DNA of 64,000 nt from Octopus vulgaris (Eukaryota): contig OX597838.1 in assembly GCA_951406725.2 (NCBI GenBank), positions 11,470,001 through 11,534,000 of the forward strand, read 5' to 3'. The notes under the pieces were generated by a model, which was given only the letters and a program-made list of their open reading frames with translations, ran no database searches and was not told where the DNA came from. Below, piece by piece: positions 13,069 through 25,361 of this stretch. Position 1 is the stretch's first letter. Every line of letters starts with the position of its first letter. The position numbers and the translations under genes are program-made.

Positions 13069-13820
13069 ACGTGTTTTTGTAATGTCCCTTTTAACTGTTG
13101 CTCCTGTGGCAAAAAATATCTTTTGACTAAGAAAAATAGTAAGAACGATGAAGTGGATATATGTAAAAAAGAAAAAGGAAAAGTAGTAGTGGTGGTGGTG
13201 GTGGTGGTGGTGGTGGTCGTCGTCGTCGTCGTCGTCGTCGTCGTGGAGGAGGAGGAGGAGGAGAGGAGAAGAAATAGAAGAAGAAGAAGAAGAAGAAGAA
13301 GAAGAAGAAGAAGAAGAAGAAGAAGAACTGATTAGATAGTAAGATAAGAGGTTATGGTATGTGGTGGAGCGAGGATATGGTTGAAGCGGGTTGCATGGCG
13401 TGCAGAGTGACAGGTAAGTTTTGATGTGTTTAATTTCAAGAAGGAGATCCTATAACAGATCATGCTACAATGTACAGCTTGTTTTTGGGCAGTCGTCTGC
13501 AGCGGCGACGACGACGACAACGGCAGCAAGATGGAAGTAGACTGAAAAAGCATGAGAGGGACTAAAGACACACACACACACACATGCATTTATCTATCTA
13601 TACGGTCACATGCATTTGTGATCATAAGAAAATATGTCTGTAATTGTATAATTCTCTGTTGGCGTAGTATTACATGACACTTACGCAGTTATGTCCTTCA
13701 TGCTAGTGTTTGAGGTTGTCAGTGTTTTTTGATACCCAGCGTCTCCAAGGAATTTTCCCCTCTGATGCTATTCCGCACGAGTGCATGAACAAAACACATA
13801 CAATGAGCATTGTACTATCG

Positions 13821-14302
<482 letters not shown>

Positions 14303-14409
14303 AGGGAGGGATGAGTGGATGGATGGATATCGTCAGTGAATCATATATATGAAGAAGAAGCACACTCTAAAAGTTAGAGCAGTAATGTAAATAAATGCCC
14401 GGTCATCGA

Positions 14410-14853
14410 GTGACCAATGATTTTGCATCCATAAAGTGCTTGTCTTTATAGACGATTCGTCAGACTTCAATAGCCGCGGGTTATATAACCTCTTTTCAAT
14501 TGGAGGTATGAAACTGTTATGGTCAGTTAATTTCCGTGAACAAAATATTAATATGCACCGTCGACGGGACGAGTTATCGTCTTTAGATCGGTCCGGCTGA
14601 CAATCTTATGAGCATAAACAGAATCTCCGCCCTTAGGCTGTTTCTAGTCCGTAAGTACTTTCTACAGCCCTAATCGACGAACGGAGAATCCCACGCCTGC
14701 AGCATATGGCGTTTGAAACGGGGGCAGGGGCTATAGATCTCATGCCTTGAGTTTAAGAGAGATTTCGGGTCAAGCAAGTCTTTAAGGCTCCTTGTCTGCT
14801 CTGGTATGCAAAGTTTACATCGTCCGCTCCCGTTTAAGTAGGACTCCGGCTGC
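14410..14853 (-). mobile_element. 3' end of a Penelope-like element with a degenerate hammerhead
   Basis: Minus frame ESYLNGSGRCKLCIPEQTRSLKDLLDPKSLLNSRHEIYSPCPRFKRHML resembles the PLE C-terminal CxLC..E...LNxRxE...C motif. It is followed by AGT-CTGACGA-stem(CGTCTATAAAG/CTTTATGGATG)-AAAA-TCATTG-GTC-ACT at about 14466-14414. Confidence 0.65.
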
Positions 14854-15689
14854 TTTATGATCCTCCATTTAATTTTGTATGACGTTCTTTACAGAACCCT
14901 AAGAGAGGACTTGTGGTTCTGCTGGCGCCACTTAAAGGCAGTCCCGGCCGATATGATATATCTCTGAACTTGAATGTAAGTTGTGTCCTTGCTTCTAGTG
15001 TATCTTCCGTTGCCTCTTGGCCTGAAGTTGTTGTTTCCACTGCTGTTATTGGAGCTGTCATGTATATCTTCCCTGGTGTATTAAGCTTTTAAAAATTGGA
15101 TCAGCATAGTTAGTCCATCAGAAGTTGATGGGTACAGTTGCCCACAACTGATGGTGTATAGCCCTGAAAAGAACTATTTGAGTAGAGACATTTGGGGTTT
15201 AGTAAAGAAATAGCAACAGAGTTGAGAGGAAGCTGGTTAGTGAGCTAGAAGAGACACTTACAAAAGGCATAGCAACTGACGTGATGGTGACAAGATTGGC
15301 TCTTAATCAAATCTTCAATGCCAAGCATGAAGGTTGCATTGTCAGAGGAGGGAATGAAAGCCATTTGATGGGCCTTGGCGGCAGAAATGCAACGTGGTAA
15401 CAAAGCCACAATTTGGTCTTTGATGGGCCGGGATGAGATCTTGGTTCTCGAATCCAAGTAGATGTATGCAGCATTTCAGTGGCACTGTCCGGAGTGCACA
15501 GTGGGTCAGAAATGGCGTTGGATTTTAGCTCCTATCTCAATGGCCTGCTGCATCTTTCAGCTAAGGATGCAGATTATTGTGGAATGCTGATAACAAGCGA
15601 CAACACACATGACCCAATGACTAACAGTACAACAGTTGGATGGTCTGCCCTTCGGACACTATTTTCATATGTCAGACTTGTTCGTTGAT

Positions 15690-16100
15690 CTTATAGCAGA
15701 TGTCTCCTACAACTGGAAGATAAAGCTGTCAATACTTGGAGGCTGTGCTCACAGCGGCTGGTTTCGGTCCAGTTTTCAGAGACTAGATTGCAGCAATGTA
15801 CAGTAACATCTGCTCTGTGGTCAAAGTAAAAGGTCACATATTGGAATCATTTAGTATCGCATGTTCAGTCCATCAAAGATGCCCACCCAAGCTCCTTCAG
15901 TACAAGCTAGCTCTCAAGTTATTACTACAGAAGATGGATGTTTCGAAGGTCATCCCACGTGAACTATGACGCGGAAGATTAGCATCAGCTTATGCGAATG
16001 ACATCTCTTTAATACTTGATAGTATCAAACATCTAATAGTATCAGACATCTTTGACGGAGCTGCAATCCAGTATCAAGTGTTGGCCAGGGAGGGTGCTTG
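15690..16100 (+). mobile_element. Degenerate L1/Tx1-like LINE reverse transcriptase fragment
   Basis: Broken frames read VKVKGHILESFSIACSVHQRCP (cf. VRQGCPLSP) and SAYANDI (cf. YADD). Confidence 0.5.
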
Positions 16101-17982
16101 GCACCTGGCATGTTCATCTATACTTATCTCTCTCTCTTCCTCTGACACACACACATATATATACATACATGCTTGCAAACATACATATATTGACGGTACA
16201 GATAGTCGTATATATACGAAACAATGTTTAATGCAAATAGCTAGCTATTTTCCAGGGGAGATGACTCATTCATGCTCAAGGGAGTTAACTCGTTCATTAC
16301 TTCCCTTCGTAAATTAATATACACATTTTGTGAATTTAATTATTTTGTTTACTATCTGACCATCATTAAAAATATAGGATGGAATTTCAGGTTGTAATTA
16401 TGAATCAACAAACTAGATTTGTATCTCAAACAAGAAATAATAATGTAGGTGTTTCTCAATGATGTAGGCAGATCAAACAAGCAATAACTCAAATAGGGAT
16501 AACGAACAAATTACTGAATCGGTCCCTTAAGCTGTGAATGATATTCTGGATTCTGTTAATAAAGATTGTCATTTTATAACTGATACGAGATCAAATGTAG
16601 CAAACGCCGTTCGATGTAGTTATCAAATATTAAAAGTAATTTGTTTCCAGGAAATGCATTATCATTCATCATCATCATCATCATTTAGCGTCCGCTTTCC
16701 ATGCTAGCACGGGTTGGACAGTTCAACTGGGGTCTGGGAGGCCGGAAGGCTGCACCAGGCCCAGTCTGATCTGGCAATGTTTCTACGGCTGGATGCCCCT
16801 CCTAACACCAACCACTCCAAGAGTGTAGTGGGTGCTTTTTACGTGCCAGACGGGGCTGGCAAACGGCCACGGTCGGATGGTGCTTTTTACGTGCCACCGG
16901 CACAGGGGCCAGGCGAAGCTGGCAGCGGCCACGATCGGATGGTGCTTTTTACATGCCACCTGCATGTAACACAAATATTGTGTTGTTGCTTGTGTTTTAC
17001 ATGCTTGCCCGTGGTTGAGACTGTTTAATGTGGCTTACCAGTTCAATGTTGAAGATTTTGGTTCTTTTAGGATTAACCTCTGCATGACATGACTTGGGGT
17101 GGAGGAGGAAGCTGAGAGGATTGAAAAGGGGACAGACAAATCGCCATATTTAATAAAATTAAAATGGTGTTAAACTATTTAAACTTATCCAACACAATGA
17201 TGAAAAAAGAAGAAATATATATTTAGAACTAATTAAATGAGTGATTGGTATATTTGAATGGTTGATTTAGACTGTGTTTTACCCACATTAAAACTAAGTC
17301 CATTTTAGTTCCTGGATTTAAGGATATAAAGCACCATCCGAACGTGGCCGATGCCACCGCCGATTTGGCTGGCTTCTGTGCCAGTGGCATGTTAAAAGCA
17401 CCAACCGATTGTGGCCGATTCCGGACTCCCCTGGCACCTGTGCAGGTGGCACGTAAAAAGCACCCACTACACTGGCGGAGTGGTTGGCATTAGGAAGGGC
17501 ATCCAGCTGTAGAAACACTGCCAGATCAGACTGGAGCCTGGTGCAGCCCTGGCTTCCCAGACCCTGGTCGAACCGTCCAACCCATGCTAGCGCGGAAAAC
17601 GGATGTTAAATGATGATGATGATGATGATGAAAGGTCTGGTTGGAGACCCAACCTTTCGAATTCTGTTACAGGGCTTAGAAAAACTGAAGGACCACTGAA
17701 ATAAGTGTCTGAATCTGAGAGGGGAATATTCTTTTATTTGTTTCAGTCATTTGACTGCGGCCATGCTGGAGCACCACCTTAAGACTCCTTAATATGTTGA
17801 ATAAGATCATAATTAACTGATCCTGCTGTATTTTCTTTTACTCAAAGCCAGGAACTTTTCAGCACATATATCATGTGACTAAAGCAGTTCAAGTTGTGGA
17901 AGGTCCCTGCTGAGGTTAGAAGTATTATGGTAGCTAATGTGCTGACAAATGCATTGCTTCACTCTATATATGTGGTCTGAAG

Positions 17983-18350
17983 TGGAGGCCCAGTGGTTAG
18001 GGCAGCGGACTCGCGGTCGTAGGATCGCGGTTTCGATTCCCAGACCGGGCGTTGTGAGTGTTTATTGAGCGAAAACACCTAAAGCTCCACGAGGCTCCGG
18101 CAGGGGATGGTGGTGATTCCTGCTGTACTCTTTCACCACAACTTTCTCTCACTCTTACTTCCTGTTTCTGTTGTACCTGTATTTCAAAGGGCCGGCCTTG
18201 TCACTCTCTGTGTCACGCTGAATATCCCCCGAGAACTACGTTAAGGGTGCACGTGTCTGTGGAGTGCTCAGCCACTTACACGTTAATTTCACGTTAATTT
18301 CATTCGGATCAACCGGAACCCTCGTCGTCGTAACCGACGGAGTGCTTCCA
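17983..18350 (+). mobile_element. tRNA-headed SINE family (about 380 bp)
   Basis: Head GGCCCAGTGGTTAGGGCAGCGGACTCGCGGTC...GGTTTCGATTCCC. Copies at 28152-28530, 41578-41672 (partial), 51569-51950, 59738-60121 (TSD ATCCTAATTGGTAT) and 60690-61030 (minus). Confidence 0.85.
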
Positions 18351-18351
18351 A

Positions 18352-18935
18352 CACTGCAGAAGCAACTAAAAATATTTGTTGTACAAAAGGTGAAGTTGCA
18401 GTTGATCACAGTACAGTAATCAGATGGTTCAAGAAATTTTGGGTTTCAATCTCAACAGTTGGGTAAGATCAGATAGGTCTAAAACCATGGATTCTGAGGC
18501 TGTGCTCCAAGCAATAGAGGCAAGTCTGGCAAGCAGCACTTGGAGAGTACCAGGTAAGTTTGGCATCTCATGGATGTATACTATTGTGCAGCAAAAATAC
18601 CTGGCATTGATTAACAAAAAGCAAGCTCTTCCGCAGCAAGATAATGCGAGACTCCATATGCCACTCAAATGACTCAGAATAATCTCCAGAAACTTGGAGG
18701 AATCAAACTGATGCCACACCCAACACATAGTCCAGACTTTGCTCCTTTGGATTATTACTTGTTCCAATCCATGGCTCACTTCCTGCTTTTGCAACATTCC
18801 ATCAACCATGAGGAGGTGGAAGGTTCAGTGAAAGAGTTCTTGGCCTCAAAGGGCAAGAACTTGGTATGAGCATGGGATCAAAGAACTGGCAGAAAAGTGG
18901 CTTCGTATGGTGCAACACGATGGCCTTTACTTTGA
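18352..18935 (+). pseudogene. Degenerate mariner transposase remnant
   Basis: QQDNARLH and PHPTHSPDFAPLDYYLFQSM (cf. HDNARPH, YSPDLAPSDY) in broken frames. Confidence 0.75.
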
Positions 18936-19249
18936 ATGCTAGGCTGCTTTTCGTTGCAACTTGATAAACAAAGCAAATAAGTTACCCAAATATTCTAAAA
19001 CTTTTGACTCAACACAATATAATGAGTGGTTCAAAGGTACAATGAACAAGAACAGTGCAAGAAAACTGCAAGATTCTTGTGGTATTCCTGCCAGGACCCC
19101 AAAGAAATATGTAACATCATCATCATCAGTTGATAAAATCCGAATAACAGTGTGTTTGTAGGGAATGTAGATTGCAACTCCAATAGTGTTTGGGAAACTA
19201 TACACACTGAGAATCCACATTAATTACAATTGGTGGAATGAAGTGAAAA

Positions 19250-19448
19250 CTTTACTCTTTTATTTGTTTCAGTCATTTGAATGCGGCCATGCTGGAGCAC
19301 TGCCTTTAGTCGAGGAAATCGACCCCCAGGACTTATTCTTTGTAAGCCTAGTATTTATTCTATCAGTCTCTTTTGCCGAACCACTAAGTTACGGAGACGT
19401 AAACACACCAGCTTCGGTTGTCAAGCGATGTTGGGGGGACAAACACAG

Positions 19449-19481
<33 letters not shown>

Positions 19482-19640
19482 CGACGGGCTTCTTTCAGTT
19501 TCCGTCTACCAAATCCACTCACAAGGCTTTGGTTGGCCTGAGGCTATAGTAGAAGACGCTCACATAAGGTGCCACGCAGTGGGGCTGAACCTGGAACCAT
19601 GTGGTTGGTAAGCAAGCTACTTACCACACAGCAACTCCTG
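19250..19640 (-). mobile_element. tRNA-derived SINE family with an internal (CA)/(TA) microsatellite
   Basis: Head GGAGTGGCTGTGTGGTAAG...GGTTCAGTCCC...CCTTGGGCAAG. Copies at about 20247-20607, 40370-40770, 41130-41350, 48790-48990, 49535-49940 (+), 62633-63065 (+) and 63520-63820 (+). Confidence 0.85.
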
Positions 19641-21076
19641 CTAAAGTCTTTAAATAATCTTAGAACCATTCAATTCAATAGGCCTTCATATTACAAAAAA
19701 ATTGTGATATATCCATCTTTTCAAAAAAAAATCATTTTAGTTTATTCTTAGTAATGGTTCAATAAGAAATTATGCTCTCAAAATCAACATTTTGCTGTAA
19801 ATTTTAGCTGTGGTAATGGATAAACTAATGCTTTTGTATTATTTAGTATAGTAGAATAAATGATTTTAATTAGTACTTGTTTCTCTATTCTACTAATGAA
19901 GTAATCTTATGAGTATTTTTTTCTCTAATATCTTGCTTTCTTTAGGTTTTTCTAGTGTTCAATTTAATTTAATTATTAATATTATTCATTTCCACTCCCA
20001 TAACAGGAACATCTTCAAAAAGTTATGTACTAGTTTATCTTTGAATCAGTATTGTACTAGAATTTCATATGAATCAATTAGTTGCACAGAGCCATCTCAT
20101 CTAAAGACCTTAAGATGTTGACAGCTTAAATGTTGCAAAATTTTAATTGAAGACGAATAAAGATGTATAAATCTCCATCCTTTATTATGTCTATCTACTA
20201 TATTCTGGAATTTTACATGAAATTCTTCAAAGCAAACCCAGGATTTGACTGCAGCCATGCTGGAGCACCGCCTTTAGTTGAGCTAATCGACCCCGGGTCT
20301 TATTCTTTGTAAGCCTAGCACTTATTCTATCGGTCTCTTTTGCCAAACTGCTAAGTTATGGTGACGTAAACACAACAGCTTCGGTTGTCAAGCGATGTTG
20401 GGAGGACAGACACAGACACACACATATATATATATATACATATACGACAGGCTTCTTTCAGTTTCCGTCTACCAAATCCACTCACAAGGCCTTGGTCGGC
20501 CCGAGGCTATAGTAGAAGACACTTGCCCAAGGTGCCACGCAGTGGGACTGAACCCGGAACCATGTGGTTGGTAAGCAAACTACTTACCACACAGCCACTC
20601 CTGTGCCTATTCTGGAATTTTACATGAAATTCTTCAAAGCAAACCCAGGATTTACCAACTGAATGAGAGTACAACCGTAATTGCTTGTCGTACATGATTC
20701 CTTGTTTTGAACTGTTCAATATGGTTAGCTAATTTTGGATTACAAGAGAGTGGGCATAAAGTATTTATCTGGATTTTAAAATCTCTTTTCTTTTGTGTTA
20801 CACAAGGTAGTATCAAAAAGTCCTGGGACAAGCTATCTTTTATAAAAAAATAACTCATTTACCTAAGTTTTAACATCATCTTTGAAATAGTCACCTTGCG
20901 CAACAAATTACCAGTCCCAGCATTCCTGCCACTTCTGGAATCTGGCCTGGAAGTCATTTTCTGTAAGCAAGCTGAGAACCTTCTACAATTTGCTCTGGAT
21001 CTTGACAAGGGTGTTAAAACGGAGACCTTTGAGCTGCATTTTCATCTTGGGCAAGAGATGGAAGTACACATATATA

Positions 21077-22381
21077 TTGGGTTGGCAGGAAAGTAAATTT
21101 GTTTTTCGCAAATGCATGACATTACGATTTGTTTTGAATTACTTTTGTCAATGTTATGACCCTTTCCTTTTGAAATTTGATAGCCGTTACGTTTAGCTGA
21201 CTTTAGAAGCAAATTGCACGTAATTTTGTTTACAGCTGTTAGTTCAGTGTCAATTTTGACATGGAGTGCAAAAACAAATATTTTTGCCATATTTTTTTAT
21301 TTCTATAAAGGCTTTTTTTAAATTTTTGTAAAGGCAAGAAAGCTGCTGAGGCTCATAAACAGATGTGTGAAATTTATGGTGTTAATTGCTTAACAGAACA
21401 CATATGACATAAATGGTTTAAAAAATTCCGTTCTGGAGATTTTTCAGTCAAAGATGACCAACGTTCTGGTCAACCTACTGAAGTTGATGATGACCGAATC
21501 AAAGCCATAACTGAATCTGATTGTCATATAAATGTGTGAGAGATTGCAGAGAGGTTAAATGTATCACACACAACAATTGGAAATGAATTAAAATATCTTG
21601 GATTCATTAAGAAGCTCGACATTTGGGTTCTACATAAATTGAGAGAGATTTACTTTACACAACAAATCAATATTTTGCGATATGCATCTTGAATGCAATG
21701 AAATTGACTTTTTTTTTTGAAAACGAATCATCTCTGGAGATGAAAAATGAATTGTCTACAATAACATCAAATGAAAACGATCATGGAACCAGCACAAACT
21801 ACATCAAAAGCTGAATTGCATTAAAAAAAGGTCATGCTGTCAATTTGGTGGTGGGATTACAAAGGTGTTGTGTGTTTTGAGCTGCTTCCAAGGAACCAAA
21901 CAATCAATTCAGATGTTTACTGTCAACAACTAATGAAACTGGAAAAAGCAATAAAAAGAAAAAAAAACAGCCAGAATTGGCGAATTGTAAAGGAATTGTG
22001 TTCCACCATGACAATGCTAGACCACACACGTCTTTGCTAACTCATGAAAAATTATTGGAGCTTGGTTGGGAAGTGATGTCACATCCACCATAGAGTCCTG
22101 ACTTTGCATCATCAGATTACTATTTATTTCGAAGTTTGGAAAATTCTTTGAATGGTAAAACTTTCAATAATGATGATGAGCTGAAATTGTCTTGCTTCAG
22201 TTTTTGGCTGATAAGGACCAGAAGTTCAAGGAGTGCGAAATCATGAAGTTGCCAGAAAGATGGAAAAAGGTCATCAAACAAAATGGAAAACATGTAATTG
22301 ATTAAAGTTCATTCTTTGCATGAAAAAAAGATGATTTTTATTTCAAACTAAAAAACTGAAATTACTTTCTTGCCAACCCAA
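21077..22381 (+). mobile_element. Full-length (about 1.3 kb) mariner transposon with decayed transposase
   Basis: TIRs TTGGGTTGGCA(G/A)GAAAGTAA at both ends, flanked by TA. The ORF from about 21262 has WVLHKL, GDEK*IVYNN, HDNARPH and HPP*SPDFASSDYYLF, with stops and frameshifts. Confidence 0.92.
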
Positions 22382-22619
22382 TATATATATATTTCTTAAC
22401 TACCCACAAGGGGCTAAACACAGAGGGGACAAACAAGGACAGACAAAAGGATTAAGCCGATTACATCGACCCCAGTGCGTAACTGGTACTTAATTTATCG
22501 ACCCCAAAAGGATGAAAGGCAAAGTCGACCTCGGTGGAATTTGAACTCAGAACGTAGCGGCAGACGAAATACCGCTAAGCATTTCGCCCGGCGTGCTAAC
22601 GTTTCTACCAGCTCGCCGC

Positions 22620-22655
<36 letters not shown>

Positions 22656-23117
22656 AACACACATTCATGTGCACACACAGATATACATGTTCTTGTGTAA
22701 ATAATATATTTGTGTAGGTATGAAGCTCACTCTTCAGTCACATTTAGTCCTACTGCATAGTAGCCTCTCATATAACCTCATGCTGAACAATGCTTTGTGA
22801 GATGTGTACACACACATACATACACATATATAGTATGGACTGGTTTGGTCATGTGATGCAGATGGATGAGGACAGCTGCATAATGAAGTGAAGATCACTT
22901 AAAATGGAGAAAGTTGTGGAAGAGCGAGACCCAGGAAGATATGCGGACAATTTCAAAATGCAGAACCTTACAAAGGAGATGACAGAGGATTGATATATGT
23001 GGAGCATTGCTATACTTGAGAAGATCTGTCTACCACAACAGAATTGAGACCTTAAAACGTGGGTGCCATGTAAAAAGCATTTGTATAGGTGCTAGTGCCA
23101 TGTAAAAGCACCTGTGA

Positions 23118-23658
23118 TGGACGGTTCGACTGGGGTCTGGGAAGCCAGGAGGCTGCACCAGGCTCCAGTCTGATCTGGTAGTGTTTCTACAGCTGGATGC
23201 CCTTCCTAATGCCAACTACTCTGTGAGTGTAGTGGGTGCTTTTTTATGTGCGACCGGAACAGGTGCCAGGGGAGGCTGGCAGTGGCCACGATCGGTTGGT
23301 GCTTTTTACGTGCCACCGGCACAGAAGCCAGTCAAGGCGGCGCTGGTATCGGCCACGATCGGTTGGTGCTTTTTACATGCCACCGGCACAGAAGCCAGTC
23401 AAGGCGGCGCTGGTATCGGCCACGATCGGTTGGTGCTTTTTACATGCCACCGGCACAGAAGCCAGTCAAGGCGGCGCTGGTATCGGCCACGATCGGTTGG
23501 TGCTTTTTACATGCCACCGGCACAGAAGCCAGTCAAGGCAGCGCTGGTATCGGCCACGATCGGTTGGTGCTTTTTACATGCCACCGGCACAGAAGCCAGT
23601 CAAGGCAGCGCTGGCATCGGCCACGTTTGGATGGTGCTTTTTACGTGCCACCGGCACA
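23118..23658 (-). mobile_element. SINE-like family with (GAT)n tail and expandable internal subrepeat (here about 5 x 67 bp)
   Basis: Shared core CTGGATGCCCTTCCTAA(C/T)GCCAAC and subrepeat GTGCTTTTTAC(G/A)TGCCACCGGCAC. Copies at about 2791-3046, 6259-6645, 16665-16962, 17329-17630, 25525-25860, 37584-37909, 41710-41875, 43430-43739, 46544-46880, 52314-52590 and 55813-56107. Confidence 0.85.
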
Positions 23659-24382
23659 AATGCATATGGATGAAAACAGCTGCATAAAAATGTGCTGATC
23701 TCTAAAAAAAAGGGGTGGGGGCCTGTGAAAGAGGAAGGTGTAGGACAAAGTGGTGAGAAATGGTGTTCAGTTGTTGAACAAAGATAACAAAAAACTGAGA
23801 TGACCAACATTTTACTAAGCTGAGAAGAACTATCCAGCTAAGGAAGATCAAGGCCATAAAGGATGTCCTTTATGTTGGTGACCCTGCACCCAATCTGTAT
23901 CATCCTGACAAGCCTCCCCACACCACTACAAACCATTTTCCTAACACTGCCCTCTCCCTCCTGCCCTGTTCACCACTTGCTGTTTTCCCCTACCTCTATT
24001 GCCCTTTGCACTCCTACAAACCTACCTGCATACAATGTGTCCCTGTGAAACCATCTTCCCCAGAACATATTCTCCTAATGCCCCTGTCAGTATTTATGCC
24101 CACACACTACATTTCATTCCCTTCCATCTCCCACTCCCCTTTTGCAATCTCACAACTGTACCCACCCATCCACTGCTTAGCTTCTATTCACTTATGTACA
24201 CCTTCCAGTAACTTGAGTGTACATCTATCACAATTTCATAATTTCTTTTTTATCCCTTCAGTTGGGGAGAGAAAGTGAGAAAGAAGACAAGGAAGATCTT
24301 CTACTGCAAAACTAATTTTACACACACACACACACATATATATAACAAATGAAAGACAGAAGATGGAATATACGAGAATACA

Positions 24383-24498
24383 TTATTTATCACAACAATT
24401 GTTTCGACACATCTAGCATCGACTCCTCTTGTGGGACACAAAAAAACTGGTACAGGAGTATCCAGCGGTGCAGACGTATCTCGTCGGGTGATAAATAA
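24383..24498 (-). ncRNA. Type-I hammerhead motif with 11-bp stem I and long stem II
   Basis: Minus: TTATTTATCAC-CCGACGA-GATACGTCT...AGATGTGTC-GAAA-C-AATT-GTT-GTGATAAATAA. U4C core; inner ACTCCT/AGGAGT helix; palindromic AACAATTGTT. Confidence 0.65.
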
Positions 24499-24642
24499 AT
24501 TAAAAAAACTCGTTAAAATGACTGTTCCATAATGCAACTTTCCGTTTTGTAGAGAGAAAAACAGCCAGATGGAGGAAAATTCTTCACATAAATAGAAGAT
24601 CCATATATATATATATATGTATGAGCATGTGTGTGTGTATAA

Positions 24643-24692
<50 letters not shown>

Positions 24693-25156
24693 CCAAACAT
24701 ACAAGGCTCATTCCAGAGGTTTTGAGACGCTTTTAGGAGAGGCAGTTACAACTGTCCTAGATTATTGTAATTTTAGTATAGTATTACCATACATCTGATA
24801 AGCTGGTCCACCAACTTTTTCTCTACTCCAGATTGAAGGAGACAGCTATAACAACACTTTGAGCACAATGCTACAAGACACTGCTTGTCACAGTCGACCA
24901 GTTTGCAGAATGCAGTTGGGACATGAATACAATTTGGAAGTGCACTATGCAATAAAGTTTTGTTAAACTGGGCAAAAAGGCTGAAGAATCTTATGAAACA
25001 CTCCAGACTGTTTATGGATTAACTTGTATGAGCCAAACATCTGTTTTTCTCTAGCACAAGAGGCTATGCAAGCAAGTCCACCAAGAAGTTCAAGATGATT
25101 CCCTTTTTCAACAGCAAGGCCATCATCTACATCCAGTGGGTTCCCTCAGACTAGAC

Positions 25157-25361
25157 CAGTGGTTTTCAGCCAGGGTTCCGCCACTACAGTCCAAGGGGTT
25201 CCACAAGAAGTTACAAAACTGCTAAAATCGGCAATAATTTTTTTTTATTCTCCTGTGCAGATATGTGTGCATAAGACTATTAAATTATTGCACAGGGGTT
25301 CCTCGAGCCAGTGGAATGTTTCCTTGGGGTTCCACTCCAGCAAAAAGTTTGAAAAGCACTG
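25157..25361. mobile_element. hAT (Charlie-like) MITE with 8-bp TSD, inserted in a Tc1/mariner remnant
   Basis: TIR CAGTGGTTTTCA/TGAAAAGCACTG; TSD GACTAGAC on both sides. Confidence 0.9.

Noticed and set aside
23181-23698. Repetitive 145-168 aa ORFs; CRISPR-like periodicity
   Set aside because: A 67-bp tandem subrepeat of a SINE-like element, open in several frames, with no unique spacers, in eukaryotic DNA.
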